This document shows, piece after piece, positions 12,661 to 24,600 of a DNA stretch of 64,000 bases. This stretch comes from Tubulanus polymorphus (lineage: Eukaryota > Animalia > Nemertea), in assembly GCF_964204645.1 (NCBI RefSeq), contig NC_134029.1, positions 12,302,850 to 12,366,849 of the forward strand, given 5' to 3'. The notes under the pieces were generated by a model. The model had not been told where the DNA came from and did not search any database. It saw only the letters and a list, made by a program, of their open reading frames with translations. Numbering within the stretch: position 1 is the stretch's first letter; every line of letters starts with the position of its first letter. The position numbers and the translations under genes are program-made.

Positions 12661-13496
12661 CGAGACCGCAGCTACCTACACTTAGACGCACCCCTAGAAC
12701 CACAACTACCCCCAGCTAAACATACATCCATTGATTCGTTGGATAACCATCCAGATACTGCCATTCCTACGTCGGTCACACCTGAGGGAACTCAATTATG
12801 ACCACCTAATTTCGTCTGACACCCAGAATCTTTCGGATAATGACCCTACTCCTGATACTGACAATGAGTGGGACGATTTTCCCTCCATTCATCTAAGATA
12901 CAGTTCTTATCTAAACATCCCAATCTCACAAATAAACACATTGAATTGAGTAAAGAATTACTTTTATCTGAAATAAACAAAGGTTAACCAGCAATATTAG
13001 AACGTAATGCACCGCTGTCAAATATCTGTTTGTTGAATGAATGCGTACTGCAGGGTGTGTGTATCGGTCTGCTATAATGCTGATACACTGGATAGATAAT
13101 CAGTTCGCATGCTTGCTAGCGGTGAACTGTGAGGCTCCCTAGGGGAACACTGTCAAGAGTTAGCATGGGTAAACTTTGGTGAGCATAACAATTTTTTGTA
13201 AAATCAAACAAATGTTAGTTCGAATATATAGGCATTTATTGTTGTGCAACGTCATTTGCCTTTTTGATTGAACCTCCGGGAATATGACTGCACGGGCGAC
13301 ATTTAAAAGATAGCTACACATGTTTCTGTGAAACTTGATTTTTATGACCCAAGTCAAGTCATGGTTACGTTCTATTGGCTTTACGCACACTCATCTATCT
13401 TGCAATATTTCAGAATTATGCAGGTTTTGATTGATTTTCATGGTCAGTTGATAGAATAATGACATCTTTCCTTCGATCATTCATGTTTCGTAAGTG

Positions 13497-14402
13497 ATGC
13501 CAGTCGACCATCTTGATTCTGACAAGGCTAGTTTTTGGGCTGAATATGTGTCTAGGGTAGACACATGTATAAACCAGATATCAAGACATTACATTGAAGC
13601 GTCTTCAAAACTTCCCACGATAAATTAGATAAAAACTATAATGAGTGGGCTAAAAACCAATGACCTTAAAAATCACCACAATCATAGAACATGTCAGCAG
13701 ATACGATTTTGTAATTGATTGTGATAACAAAATATGTATGCCTTGATACCAATTCAATATGGAAATACTAAGTAATTCTACTATTCAACCCCCCCTGGTG
13801 ACCATATGCAAAACCCAATGACTTACAAACTCACCACAGTTATAGAACACGTCGTGAACTACAACTTTGCGATTGATCATGGTAACAAAATATGCCTAAG
13901 TACCAATATAATAAGGAAATACTAAGTTATTCAACTATTCAACACCCCCTGGTGACCATATAAAATAACTAACGCAATCATAGCCGATGTGATGAGCTAC
14001 AACTTTGCAATCGATTGCGGTAACAAAATATGCACAGGTATAAATATAATATAGAAATACTAAGTTATTGTATTATTCAACGCCCTGGTGACCATATACA
14101 AAATCCAATGACCTTGAAACTCACCACAATCATGAGCTACAACTTTGCAATTTATTGCGGTAACAAAATATGCATAGATACGAATATAATATGGAAATAC
14201 TAAGATATTGTATTATTCAACGCCCCTGGTTGCCATATACAAAAACCAATGACATCGAAACTCATGAAAATCATAGAACACGTTATGGGCTACAACTTTC
14301 CAATTGATTATAGTAACACAATATGCTTAGGTATCAATTTAATGTGGAAAAACTTTTTCCCATCTACGAATGAGTACTGATGACACCAAGATGGCCGCAA
14401 AT
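13497..14402 (+). repeat. Helentron/HINE-like interspersed repeat, left part, with ~4.5 diverged 137-155-bp tandem units
   Basis: gaaatactaag..tattcaac.ccc.tggt recurs at ~13761, 13916, 14053 and 14193. 13497-13620 matches 17526-17650, and 14340-14400 matches 17135-17193. Confidence 0.7.
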
Positions 14403-14908
14403 ACTTCTATTCAGATGATTTTAATGTTTGCCGCCACCGCTATGAGCGCTAGTGTTTGGTCACCTAGGCCAAAGGCAAAATGAGAAGAAAATCATCCGAA
14501 ATCGACAGTTTGAGACAATTTAAACGAAATTAACGAACTATAAACCATAAAGAGCCACCGGGCACTAAAGATTTTAAGTATTTTATAATTTTTCAGTACA
14601 TGAATGTACTGTTATATGCCTTTGATTCCTAAAAAAATCACTTTAAATAAGATAAATCAGCAATGCAATAACAATCACTGTTACAGGACCAAAAATGGCA
14701 GCACTATACGGTCATAATATACGGTCATAAGATATTTTTGGAAACTACCTACCTAATCTTGAAGATATAAAGGAGTTATCCATATGAGTAAGAACGATAA
14801 ATGATACCAATACAACGAGAAAATAACAGAATTATGACTATAGTTGAGATTCTATCACGAAGCTGCGGCAAGCGAGTATACGTGTTGCGTAGATTCTCAT
14901 GTGATGGA

Positions 14909-16430
14909 GGTCGACCCTAGTTCCAGGACGCATTAACTACCTTTCAATTTTCGGTTACGGATACACATTCTTAGTGTTCAATTAGAATCCAAGGTCGTTT
15001 TCGCTATCAAAATGTCGGTCATATTAAATCGCGCTGAAGAAGTGTTCAGAATCATATCTGAATACGAAGCCGAAACTGGCACTGAATTTGTTTGTCAGCA
15101 TAAAGACAACAACTTTGGAAATGAAGGTATGTTTTCAACTGATTGAGAGGTGTCATTTTTAATCACTAAAAAAGCCTCTCATCTGGACTTGTTGAAGAAT
15201 AACAGAATCATGGTCATGGTCATTGAGAGTGATCTACCTACTGCGCGCATAGATTTCGAAGTGGTCAGTCACAGATAATCTATAGCTTAGGCATTATACA
15301 TTATCAGATCTGATCATTGTATTGTTAGGTCTAGTTCCCAATAGTCTTAATCTCAACTACAATGAAAACAATGATTCTGTCTGGTCAATGCAAATATATG
15401 GCAGCACACTGTCTAATTTATATACCAATTGAATGTAATTTGCTATAGGCAAAACGTTAAGTGTGATCTGTTCATGGCCTGCTTTTGTTCTCTTGACTCT
15501 TCTGATGTTTCAATTGATTTTTCATTTGAAAACATTTGAGACAAATTTTCAAATACTAGATCAGTCATTAGTTATCATCTGCAGGTCACAGTTACAAGTT
15601 CACTGTTAGAGCCCTTAAAATCTACTGATTGTAAGAATGCCTGGAAAATGTAGATTTCAGGATTCTAGGCTTAAGCATGACGACTATAGCCAATGGATCG
15701 ACAAATGTAATGATATAAGGGAAGCCAGGTGTAAAATATGCCATCGAAGTTTCAGTATTAGTAACATTGGGTCATTGAATTGGGCTCGAAAAGGTGCTTG
15801 AAAGTCATGGAATGAGACTGGTCATGGAGACTATGAACCCTGGACTCATACAACATGGCCCTATGTCTATTATGTGTGTGGGTGTGCTAAATTAGGCCTA
15901 GCCTCCTATATAAACATAATAGGTAGGATAATATATTTGAATCAATTTCAGATTGGAAACACTGGCTTAAAGAAAGATGTTCGACACCGCAAAACTATTG
16001 GGAGGCCTATGCATTTTCAAGAAATCTTTTATCAATATATTGTTATTCTTTTTACTCCATCTGTTACTGCAGTAAAATAGAGAAAATAAATCATAAAGTA
16101 CAAATTAGCCTACACGCTTGCTTGTTGTATTTTTTTATTGGACATTGCATTGGTGGATTGTAGAGATGAGGACCTAGGACCTGGGCTCCGGCCTTTTCGT
16201 CATTATTTTATCAATGATTTGCAAAAGGATTTCAAGAAGAAAGGATTTTACATTAAAAGGAGGGTAAAAGATTTTTATGATAAAGAGGAGACGGACGGAC
16301 AGACGGTTGTTTGTTTATATTGCGTTTCCAGGTAGCGGTAACGACCTTGGCTCAATGAATTCTAAGTCTGCAGTGTATCCGTAACCGAAAATTGAAAGGT
16401 AGTTAACGCGTCCTGGAACTAGGGTCGACC
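14909..16430 (+). mobile_element. 1,522-bp non-autonomous Mutator-like element (MULE)
   Basis: 58-bp TIR at 57/58 identity starting GGTCGACCCTAG (14909-14966 / 16373-16430), extending imperfectly to ~98 bp (ccaaggtcgtt..cgcta). Perfect 9-bp TSD tgtgatgga (14900-14908, 16431-16439). Confidence 0.92.
15012..15126 (+). pseudogene. Orphan first coding exon inside the MULE (MSVILNRAEEVFRIISEYEAETGTEFVCQHKDNNFGNE)
   Basis: caaaATG context directly after the TIR, 38 open codons, ending in the strong donor AG|gtatgt. No downstream exon identified. Confidence 0.55.
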
Positions 16431-16672
16431 TGTGATGGATTAGACTTCTCCAATAAAATCATCAAAAAGAGTTACAAAACCAATTCAAAATATAGTTTTG
16501 ATCATCTCAAAAAAATAAAACACTTGGAACCTTCTACAATTTGGAGTTTGCAAGAGTAGGGGATTTCTGTTTAAATGTAGTTCTAGGGTGAATACAAAAG
16601 TCACCCACAATTCAATGCATTTTGCCTTTGAGGTAGGTGACCCCATCTCATCTGAATCATCTGAATAGAAGT

Positions 16673-17697
16673 AATGCGTCATAATTGGCTGATCAAAAAT
16701 ACCTGTTTCGGGTATAAAAGATCCCTTTCCAAAGAATACCCATCTCAAATTGCAATGAGAAATGGCAAACCAGTAGGAAGCTACAGGACCCAGAATTCGG
16801 GCCAAAATTGACATTTTTGGGCACTAAAAAGGTCATAGGACGGCCATCTTGAGTCTGATCGACCCAATTTTTGTTATGCTGATCAATGGAAGACCAAGGC
16901 AATTGATCAAAGCGTCTTCAAAATTTCCCTCAAAAACTTCAAAAATGTGTAAAAGTGCTGATTTTGGCGGACAACAATGGCTGCCAGTCAGCCATCTTAA
17001 TGTATTATTCAACACCCCCTGGTGGCCATATACAAAAGCCAATGACCTTGACACTCAACACAATCAAAGAACACGTTATGAGCTACAATTTTGCAATAGA
17101 TTGTGGTAACTAAATATGCTTAGATATCAATATAATGTGGAAAAACCTTTTTCCACGTACGAATGAATACTGATGACACAAAGATGGCCGCCAATTGCGT
17201 GATAATTGGCTGATCAAAAATACCTATCTCAGGTATTAACGATCCCTATCCATAGAATAGCTACCAAAAATTTGAATGAAAAATGGGAAACCAGTAGGAT
17301 GCTACAGGACTCAGAATTCAGGCCAAAATTGACATTTTTGGGTACAAAAAAGGTCATAGGATGGCCATCTTGAGTCTGATGGACCCAATTTCGCTTATGC
17401 TTATGGACCCATGGGGGATACAAATACATACGATAGATCAAGATAATTGATCAAAGCGTCTTCAAAAATTTTCTTCGAACACTTGAAAAATGTGTAAAAA
17501 GTGCTGATTTTGGCAACCAACAATGGCTGCCAGTCGGCCATCTTGAATCTGACAGGGCCAGTTTTTGGGCTGAAGATGTGTCTAGGGTAGATACATGTGT
17601 AAACCAAATATCAGGACATTACATTGAAGCGTCTTTAAAACTTCCCAAAATAACTGGATTCCGTCTACGGACGAACAGACGCTACTACAGACGAACA
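16673..17697 (+). repeat. Helentron/HINE-like repeat, right part: two ~520-bp diverged tandem units ending in acggacgaacagacg microsatellite-like motifs
   Basis: tgcgt.ataattggctgatcaaaaatacct at 16675 and 17196, recurrent ggccatcttg motifs, and a GACG-type tail at 17667-17697. The family assignment rests on resemblance only. Confidence 0.65.
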
Positions 17698-17698
17698 G

Positions 17699-17799
17699 GC
17701 CTTCTGCAACTTTTAGACCTTCTGCAACTTTGGCCTTCTGCAACTTCAAAATTCAATCCTTCTGCAACTTTGAAAACGTGTTCTAACAAATAGGCCCTG
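17699..17799 (-). mobile_element. Truncated transposon end with four ccttctgcaactt repeats and a CAGGG terminus
   Basis: 13-mer repeated 4 times in 17700-17770. The minus strand from 17799 reads CAGGGCCTA, which is hAT-like. Partner end not found. Confidence 0.55.
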
Positions 17800-17999
17800 T
17801 GTAACTTTGACAAATACATAATATTCAGAATTTCAGCATGCATAGAAGAGTTTACAAGTATATCAAATGCAATCAAATTTCAATAATGAAGCATTGAAAA
17901 ATCAAAGCACTGCTCTTCACTCTGCATGATATAAATTCATTATGATCGAGAATTTGCATTGCTTGAGAAAAAAAAATAGGTTTAGATAAAAAAGGTTAA

Positions 18000-18669
18000 G
18001 AGACCAAACCGATCCTAATTAATTCAAAAGAATAAACCCGGAAATAAGAATTTGGTAAAAATGTACTGATTTAATATATCAATGGATCAACTAATTATAT
18101 TCTGATACTCAGCTTCCATGAAAAATTTAGTCAAATAAATAATTGAGTCCATAGGGCAAATACCTGATAAATCGTCTTCTGTTTGAAAAAAACAATGTGA
18201 GAAGTTCTAGAAATCGATCGTTTAATTTTGGTTGAAATCGTAGAGCAAATCGTATATTTTATTTGAGGAGTGACTATTTCCATGAACTTTATGACTATGC
18301 TTAGAACAAATGTTTGACCACCTATTTGAAAATACTTATACTCAAAATTATATCAAATTGAATGTAAACTTATCATGTACATGTGGGTAAGTTTCGAACA
18401 GATCAAATATATACATTATCAACGAAATGAGACAGACCTTTTTCCTTTGAATAGAAACAACACCTTACTTCGGAATCTGGTCACTCAATATGAAGAGAAT
18501 TGATTGAACTGTGGAATTTGGACATTATTCGAAAAATTGTATTCCCATATGAAAGTTCCACAGGTCCTTAGATTATTACAGAAACCTCAGTAGAAGACAT
18601 TGATACAAATGAATTGGAATAAAATGAAATAAATTCCGATATTCCAAAAACAATCCTAATTGTAAAGCA
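18000..18669 (+). repeat. Degenerate satellite monomer at the left edge
   Basis: Diverged landmarks in satellite order: aagttctagaa, agaacaaatgtttgaccaccta, ggtaagtttcgaacagatc, cactcaatatgaagagaattg. Confidence 0.85.
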
Positions 18670-21600
18670 GAAATTAAGCAATTTCATGAAGTTGCACAAG
18701 GTCTATGGACAAATTGATTTAATACAAGAAAATTCTATGATTTTTGTGAAGTTAGTTTTCAAGACAAATAATTGAATTCAAAAAAACTTATTACCCTGAT
18801 GAATCATTTTCTTTAGAAACAGTAAAACAATGTCAAAAGTCCTAGAATCCTATTGGTTGATTTTGAATGGAATCATGGGGTAAATCTTATCTTTATGATG
18901 AGTAACTATTTCCACGAACTTGATATAAGCATTGCAACTGACTATACTCAGAACAAATGTTTGACAACCTATCTGGGAATACTTCTACTTCAAATTATAT
19001 CAAATTGAATAAAAATTTATTACGTACTTGTAGGTAAGTTTCGAACAGCTCAAATAGAAGCCAGAACACACATCAGATTCATACGGTTATGTAGACATTT
19101 TTCTTATACATCTTTTAAGACATCGAAATAAGACATATCTTTTTCTATGAATAGATGCAACACCTAATATCAAAATCTGGCCACTCAAAATGAAGAGAAT
19201 TGTTTAAACCCTTCGAGTATGAATATTATTCAGGAAAACTGTATTCCCTTCCCAAAGTTGCACAGGTCCTTGGATAAAAACTAAGTTTTGATTAAGGGTA
19301 ACTCATACCCATACAAATTGTATTGTTAGAGAATCCTTAGTAGAGCATATCTATACAAAAGAATTGCAATGAAATGAAATTAATTCCGAAATTCAATAAC
19401 AATTCTTATTGTAAAGCCTTCAGAAATTAAGCAATTTCATAAAGTTGCACAAGGTCTATGGACAAATTGATTTTATACAAGAAAATTCTATGATTTAAGT
19501 GAAGTTAGTTTTAAAGACAAATAACTAAATTCAAAACAACTTATTACCCTGATGAATCATTTTCATTAGAAAGAGTAAAACAATGTCAAAAGTTCTAGAA
19601 TCCTATTGGTTGATTTTGATTGAAATCATGGGGTAAATCTTATCTTTATGACGAGTAACTATTTCCACGAACTTGATATAAGCATTGCAACTGACTATAC
19701 TCAGAACAAATGTTTGACAACCTATCTGGGAATACTTCTACTTCAAATTATATCAAATTGAATTACAATCTATTGCGTACCTGTAGGTAAGTTTCGAACA
19801 GATCAAATAGAAGCCAGAAAACGCATAAGAATCATACGCTTATGTAGAAATTATTCTTATAAATCTTTTAAGACATCGAAATAAGACATATCTTTTTCTA
19901 TGAATAGATGCAACACCTAATATCAAAATCTGGCCACTCAATATGAAGAGAATTGTTTGAACTGTTCGAGTTTGAATATTATTCAGGAAAACTGTATTCC
20001 CTTCCCAAAGTTGCACAGGTCCTCGGATAAAAACTAAGTTTTGATTAAGGGTAACTCATACCCTTACAAATTGTATTGTTAGAGATACCTTAGTAGGGGA
20101 TTGATACAAAAGAATTGCAATAAAATGTAATTAATGCCGATATTTTCAAAACAATCCTCAGAAATTAAGCAATTTCATAAAGTTGCACAAGGTCTATGGA
20201 CAAATTGATTTCATACAAGAAAATTCTATGATTTTAGTAAAGTTAGTTTTAAAGACAAATAACTAAATTCAAAACAACTTATTACCCTGATGAATGATTT
20301 TCGTTAGAAAGAGTAAAACAATGTCAAAAGTTCTAGAATCCTATTGGTTGATTTTGATTGAAATCATGGGGTAAATTTTATCTTTTATATAACGAGTGAC
20401 TGTTTCCACGAACTTGATATAAGCATTGCAACAGACTATACTCAGAACAAATGTTTGACCACCTATCTGGGAATACTTCTACTTCAAATTATATCAAATT
20501 GAATTAAAATTTATTACGTACCTGTAGGTAAGTTTCAAACAGATCAAATAGAAGCCAGAAAACGCATGAGATTCATACGGTTATGTAGAAATTTTTCTTA
20601 TACATCTTTTAAGACATCGAAATAAGACATATCTTTTTCTATGAATAGGTGCAACACCTAATATCAAAACCTGGCCACTCAATATGAAGAGAATTGTTTG
20701 AACCGTTTGAGTTAGTAGATTATTCAGGAAAACTGTATTCCCGCCCGAAAGTTGCACAGGTCCTTGGATAAAAAATAAGTTTTGATTAAGGTTAACTCAT
20801 ACCCATACAAATTGTATTGTTAGCGATACCTTAATAGAGCATATCTATACAAAAGAATTGCAATAAAATGAAATAAATTCCGAAATTCAATAACAATCCT
20901 AATTGTAAAGCCCTCAGAAATTAAGCAATTTCATAAAGTTGCACAAGGTCTATGGACAAATTGATTTAATACAAGAAAATTCTATGATTTTAGTGAAGTT
21001 AGTTTTAAAGACAAATAACTAAATTCAAAACAACTTATTACCCTGATGAATCATTTTCATTAGAAAGAGTAAAACAATGTCAAAAGTTCTAGAATCCTAT
21101 TGGTTGATTTTGATTGAAATCATGGGGTAAATTTTATCTTTATGACGAGTGACTTGTTTCCACGAACTTGTTTAAACCATTGCAAGTGACTATACTCAGA
21201 ACAAATGTTTGACCACCTATCTGGGAATACTTCTACTTCAAATTATATCAAATTGAATTATAGCTTATTACTTACCTGTAGGTAAGTTTCGAACAGATCT
21301 AACAGAAGCCAGAAAACGCATAAGATTCATACGGTTATGTAGAAATTTTTCTCATACATCGTTTAAGACAACGAAATAAGACATATCTTTTTCTATGAAT
21401 AGGTGCAAATCCTTATATCAAAACCTGGCCACTCAATATGAAGAGAATTGTTTGAACCGTTCGAGTTTGTACATTATTCAGGAAAACTGTATTCCCTTCC
21501 CAAAGTTGCACAGGTCCTCGGATAAAAACTAAGTTTTGATTAAGGGTAACTCATACCCATACAAATTGTATTGTTAGAGATACCTTAGTAGGGGATATTG

Positions 21601-24600
21601 ATACAAAAGAATTGCAATAAAAAAAAATTAATGCCGATATTTTCACAACAATCCTCAGAAATTAAGCAATTTCATAAAGTTGCACAAGGTCTATGGACAA
21701 ATTGATTTAATACAAGAAAATTCTATGATTTTAGTGAAGTTAGTGTTAAAGACAAATAACTAAATTCAAAACAACTTATTACCCTGATGAATGATTTTCA
21801 TTAGAAAGAGTAAAACAATGTCAAAAGTTCTAGAATCCTATTGGTTGATTTTGATTGAAATCATGGGGTAAATTTTATCTTTATGACGGGTGACTTGTTT
21901 CCACGAACTTGTTTAAAGCATTGCAAGTGACTATACTCAGAACAAATGTTTGACCACCTATCTGGGAATACTTCTACTTCAAATTATATCAAATTGAATT
22001 ATAGCTTATTACTTACCTGTAGATAAGTTTTGAACAGATCAAATAGAAGCCAGAAAACGCATAAGATTCATACGGTTGTGTAGAAATTTTTCTCATACAT
22101 CGTTCAAGACAACGAAATAAGACATATCTTTTTCTATGAATAGGTGCAAACTCTTGTATCAAAACCTGGCCACCCAATATGAAGAGAATTGTTTGAACCG
22201 TTCGAGTTTGTACATTATTCAGGAAAACTGTATTCCCGCCCGAAAGATGCACAGCTCCTTGGATAAAAAATAAGTTTTGATTAAGGGTAACTCATACCCA
22301 TACAAATTGTATTGTTAGAGAAACCTTAGTAGAGCATATCTATACAAAAGAATTGCAATAAAATGAAATTAATTCCGAAATTCAATAACAATACTTATTG
22401 TAAAGCCCTCAGAAATTAAGCAATTTCATAAAGTTGCACAAGGTCTATGGACAAATTGATTTAATACAAGAAAATTTATGATTTTAGTAAAGTTAGTTTT
22501 ATAGACAAATAACTAAATTTAAAACAACTTATTACCCTGATGAATCATTTTCGTTAGAAAGAGTAAAACAATGTCAAAAGTTCTAGAATCCTATTGGTTG
22601 ATTTTGATTGAAATCATGGGGTAAATTCTATCTTTTATATGACGAGTGACTGTTTCCACGAACTTGATATAAGCATTGCAACTGACTATACTCAGAACAA
22701 ATGTTTGACCACCTATCTGGGAATACTTCTACTTCAAATTATATCAAATTGAATTACAATTTATTGCGTACCTGTAGGTAAGTTTCGAACAGATCAAATA
22801 GAAGCCAGAAAACACATGAGATTCATACGGTTATGTAGAAATTTTTCTTATACATCTTTTAAGACAACGAAATAAGACATATCTTTGTCTATGAATAGGT
22901 GCAACACCTAATATCAAAACCTGGCCACTCAATATGAAGAGAATTGTTTGAACCGTTCGAGTTAGTAGATTATTCAGGAAAACTGTATTCCCGCCCGAAA
23001 GTTGCACAGGTCCTTGGATAAAAAATAAGTTTTGATTAAGGTTAACTCATACCCATACAAATTGTATTGTTAGCGATACCTTAGTAGAGCATATCTATAC
23101 AAAAGAATTGCAATAAAATGAAATAAATTCCGAAATTCAATAACAATCCTAATTGTAAAGCCCTCAGAAATTAAGCAATTTCATAAAGTTGCACAAGGTC
23201 TATGGACAAAATGATTTCATACAAGAAAATTCTATGATTTAAGTGAAGTTAGTTTTAAAGACAAATAACTAAATTCAAAACAACTTATTACCCTGATGAA
23301 TCATTTTCGTTAGAAAGAGTAAAACAATGTCAAAAGTTCTAGAATCCTATTGGTTGATTTTGATTGAAATCATGGGGTAAATCTTTATTTTTTATATGAT
23401 GAGTAACTATTTCCACGAACTTGATATAAGCATTGCAACTGACTATACTCAGAACAAATGTTTTACCACCTATCTGGGAATACTTCTACTTCAAATTATA
23501 TCAAATTGAATTAAAATTTATTGCGTACCTGTAGGTAAGTTTCGAACAGATCAAATAGAAGCCAGAAAACGCATAAGATTCATACGGTTATGTAGAAATT
23601 TTTCTTATACATCTTTTGAGATATCGAAATAAGACATATCTTTTGCTATGAATAGATGCAACACCTAATATCAAAATCTGGCCACTCAACATGAAGAGAA
23701 TTGTTTGAACCGTTCGAGTTAGTAGATTATTCAGGAAAACTGTATTCCCGCCCGAAAGTTGCACAGGTCCTTGGATAAAAAATAAGTTTTGATTAAGGTT
23801 AACTCATACCCATACAAATTGTATTGTTAGTGATACCTTAGTAGAGCATATCTATACAAAAGAATTGCAATAAAATGAAATTAATTCCGAAATTCAATAA
23901 CAATCCTTATAGTAAAGCCCTCAGAAATTAAGCAATTTCATAAAGTTGCACAAGGTCTATGGACAAAATGATTTCATACAAGAAAATTCTATGATTTAAG
24001 TGAAGTTAGTTTTAAAGACAAATAAATAAATTGAAAACAACTTATTACCCTGATGAATGATTTTCGTTAGAAAGAGTAAAACAATGTAAAAAGTTCTAGA
24101 ATCCTATTGGTTGATTTTGATTGAAATCATGGGGTAAATTTTATCTTTATGACGAGTGACTTGATTCCACGAACTTGTTTAAAGCATTGCAAGTGACTAT
24201 ACTCAGAACAAATGTTTGACCACCTATCTGGGAATACTTCTACTTCAAATTATATCAAATTGAATTATAGCTTATTACTAACCTGTAGGTAAGTTTCGAA
24301 TAGATCAAATAGAAGCCAGAAAACGCATAAGATTCATACGGTTATGTAGAAATTTTTCTCATACATCGTTTAAGACAACGAAATAAGACATATCTTTTTC
24401 TATGAATAGGTGCAAACCCTTATATCAAAACCTGGCCCTTCAATATGAAGAGAATTGTTTGAACCGTTCGAGTTTGTACATTATTCAGGAAAACTGTATT
24501 CCCGCCCGAAAGATGCACAGGTCCTTGGATAAAAAATAAGTTTTGATTAAGGGAAACTCATACCCATACAAATAGTATTGTTAGAGAATCCTTAGTAGAG

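Larger units (their letters stand above)
14403..16672. mobile_element. Non-autonomous TIR DNA transposon (~740 bp without the nested insert), superfamily unassigned
   Basis: Perfect inverted repeat tacttctattcagatgatt (14402-14420 / 16655-16673), and a second inverted block 22/25 identical (14458-14482 / 16618-16642). Removing the element restores the junction seen intact at ~17185-17215. Confidence 0.88.

Noticed and set aside
12800-13490. Gypsy 3' LTR
   Set aside because: No polypurine tract followed by TG, and no similarity to 9001-9205 seen.
16138-16335. 65-aa ORF near the right MULE TIR
   Set aside because: Non-ATG start, includes a gacg microsatellite, and shows no transposase motif.
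22013-22252. 79-aa ORF repeated exactly at 34801-35040
   Set aside because: Chance loss of stops in one satellite monomer, duplicated by the HOR. Other monomers are closed in this frame.
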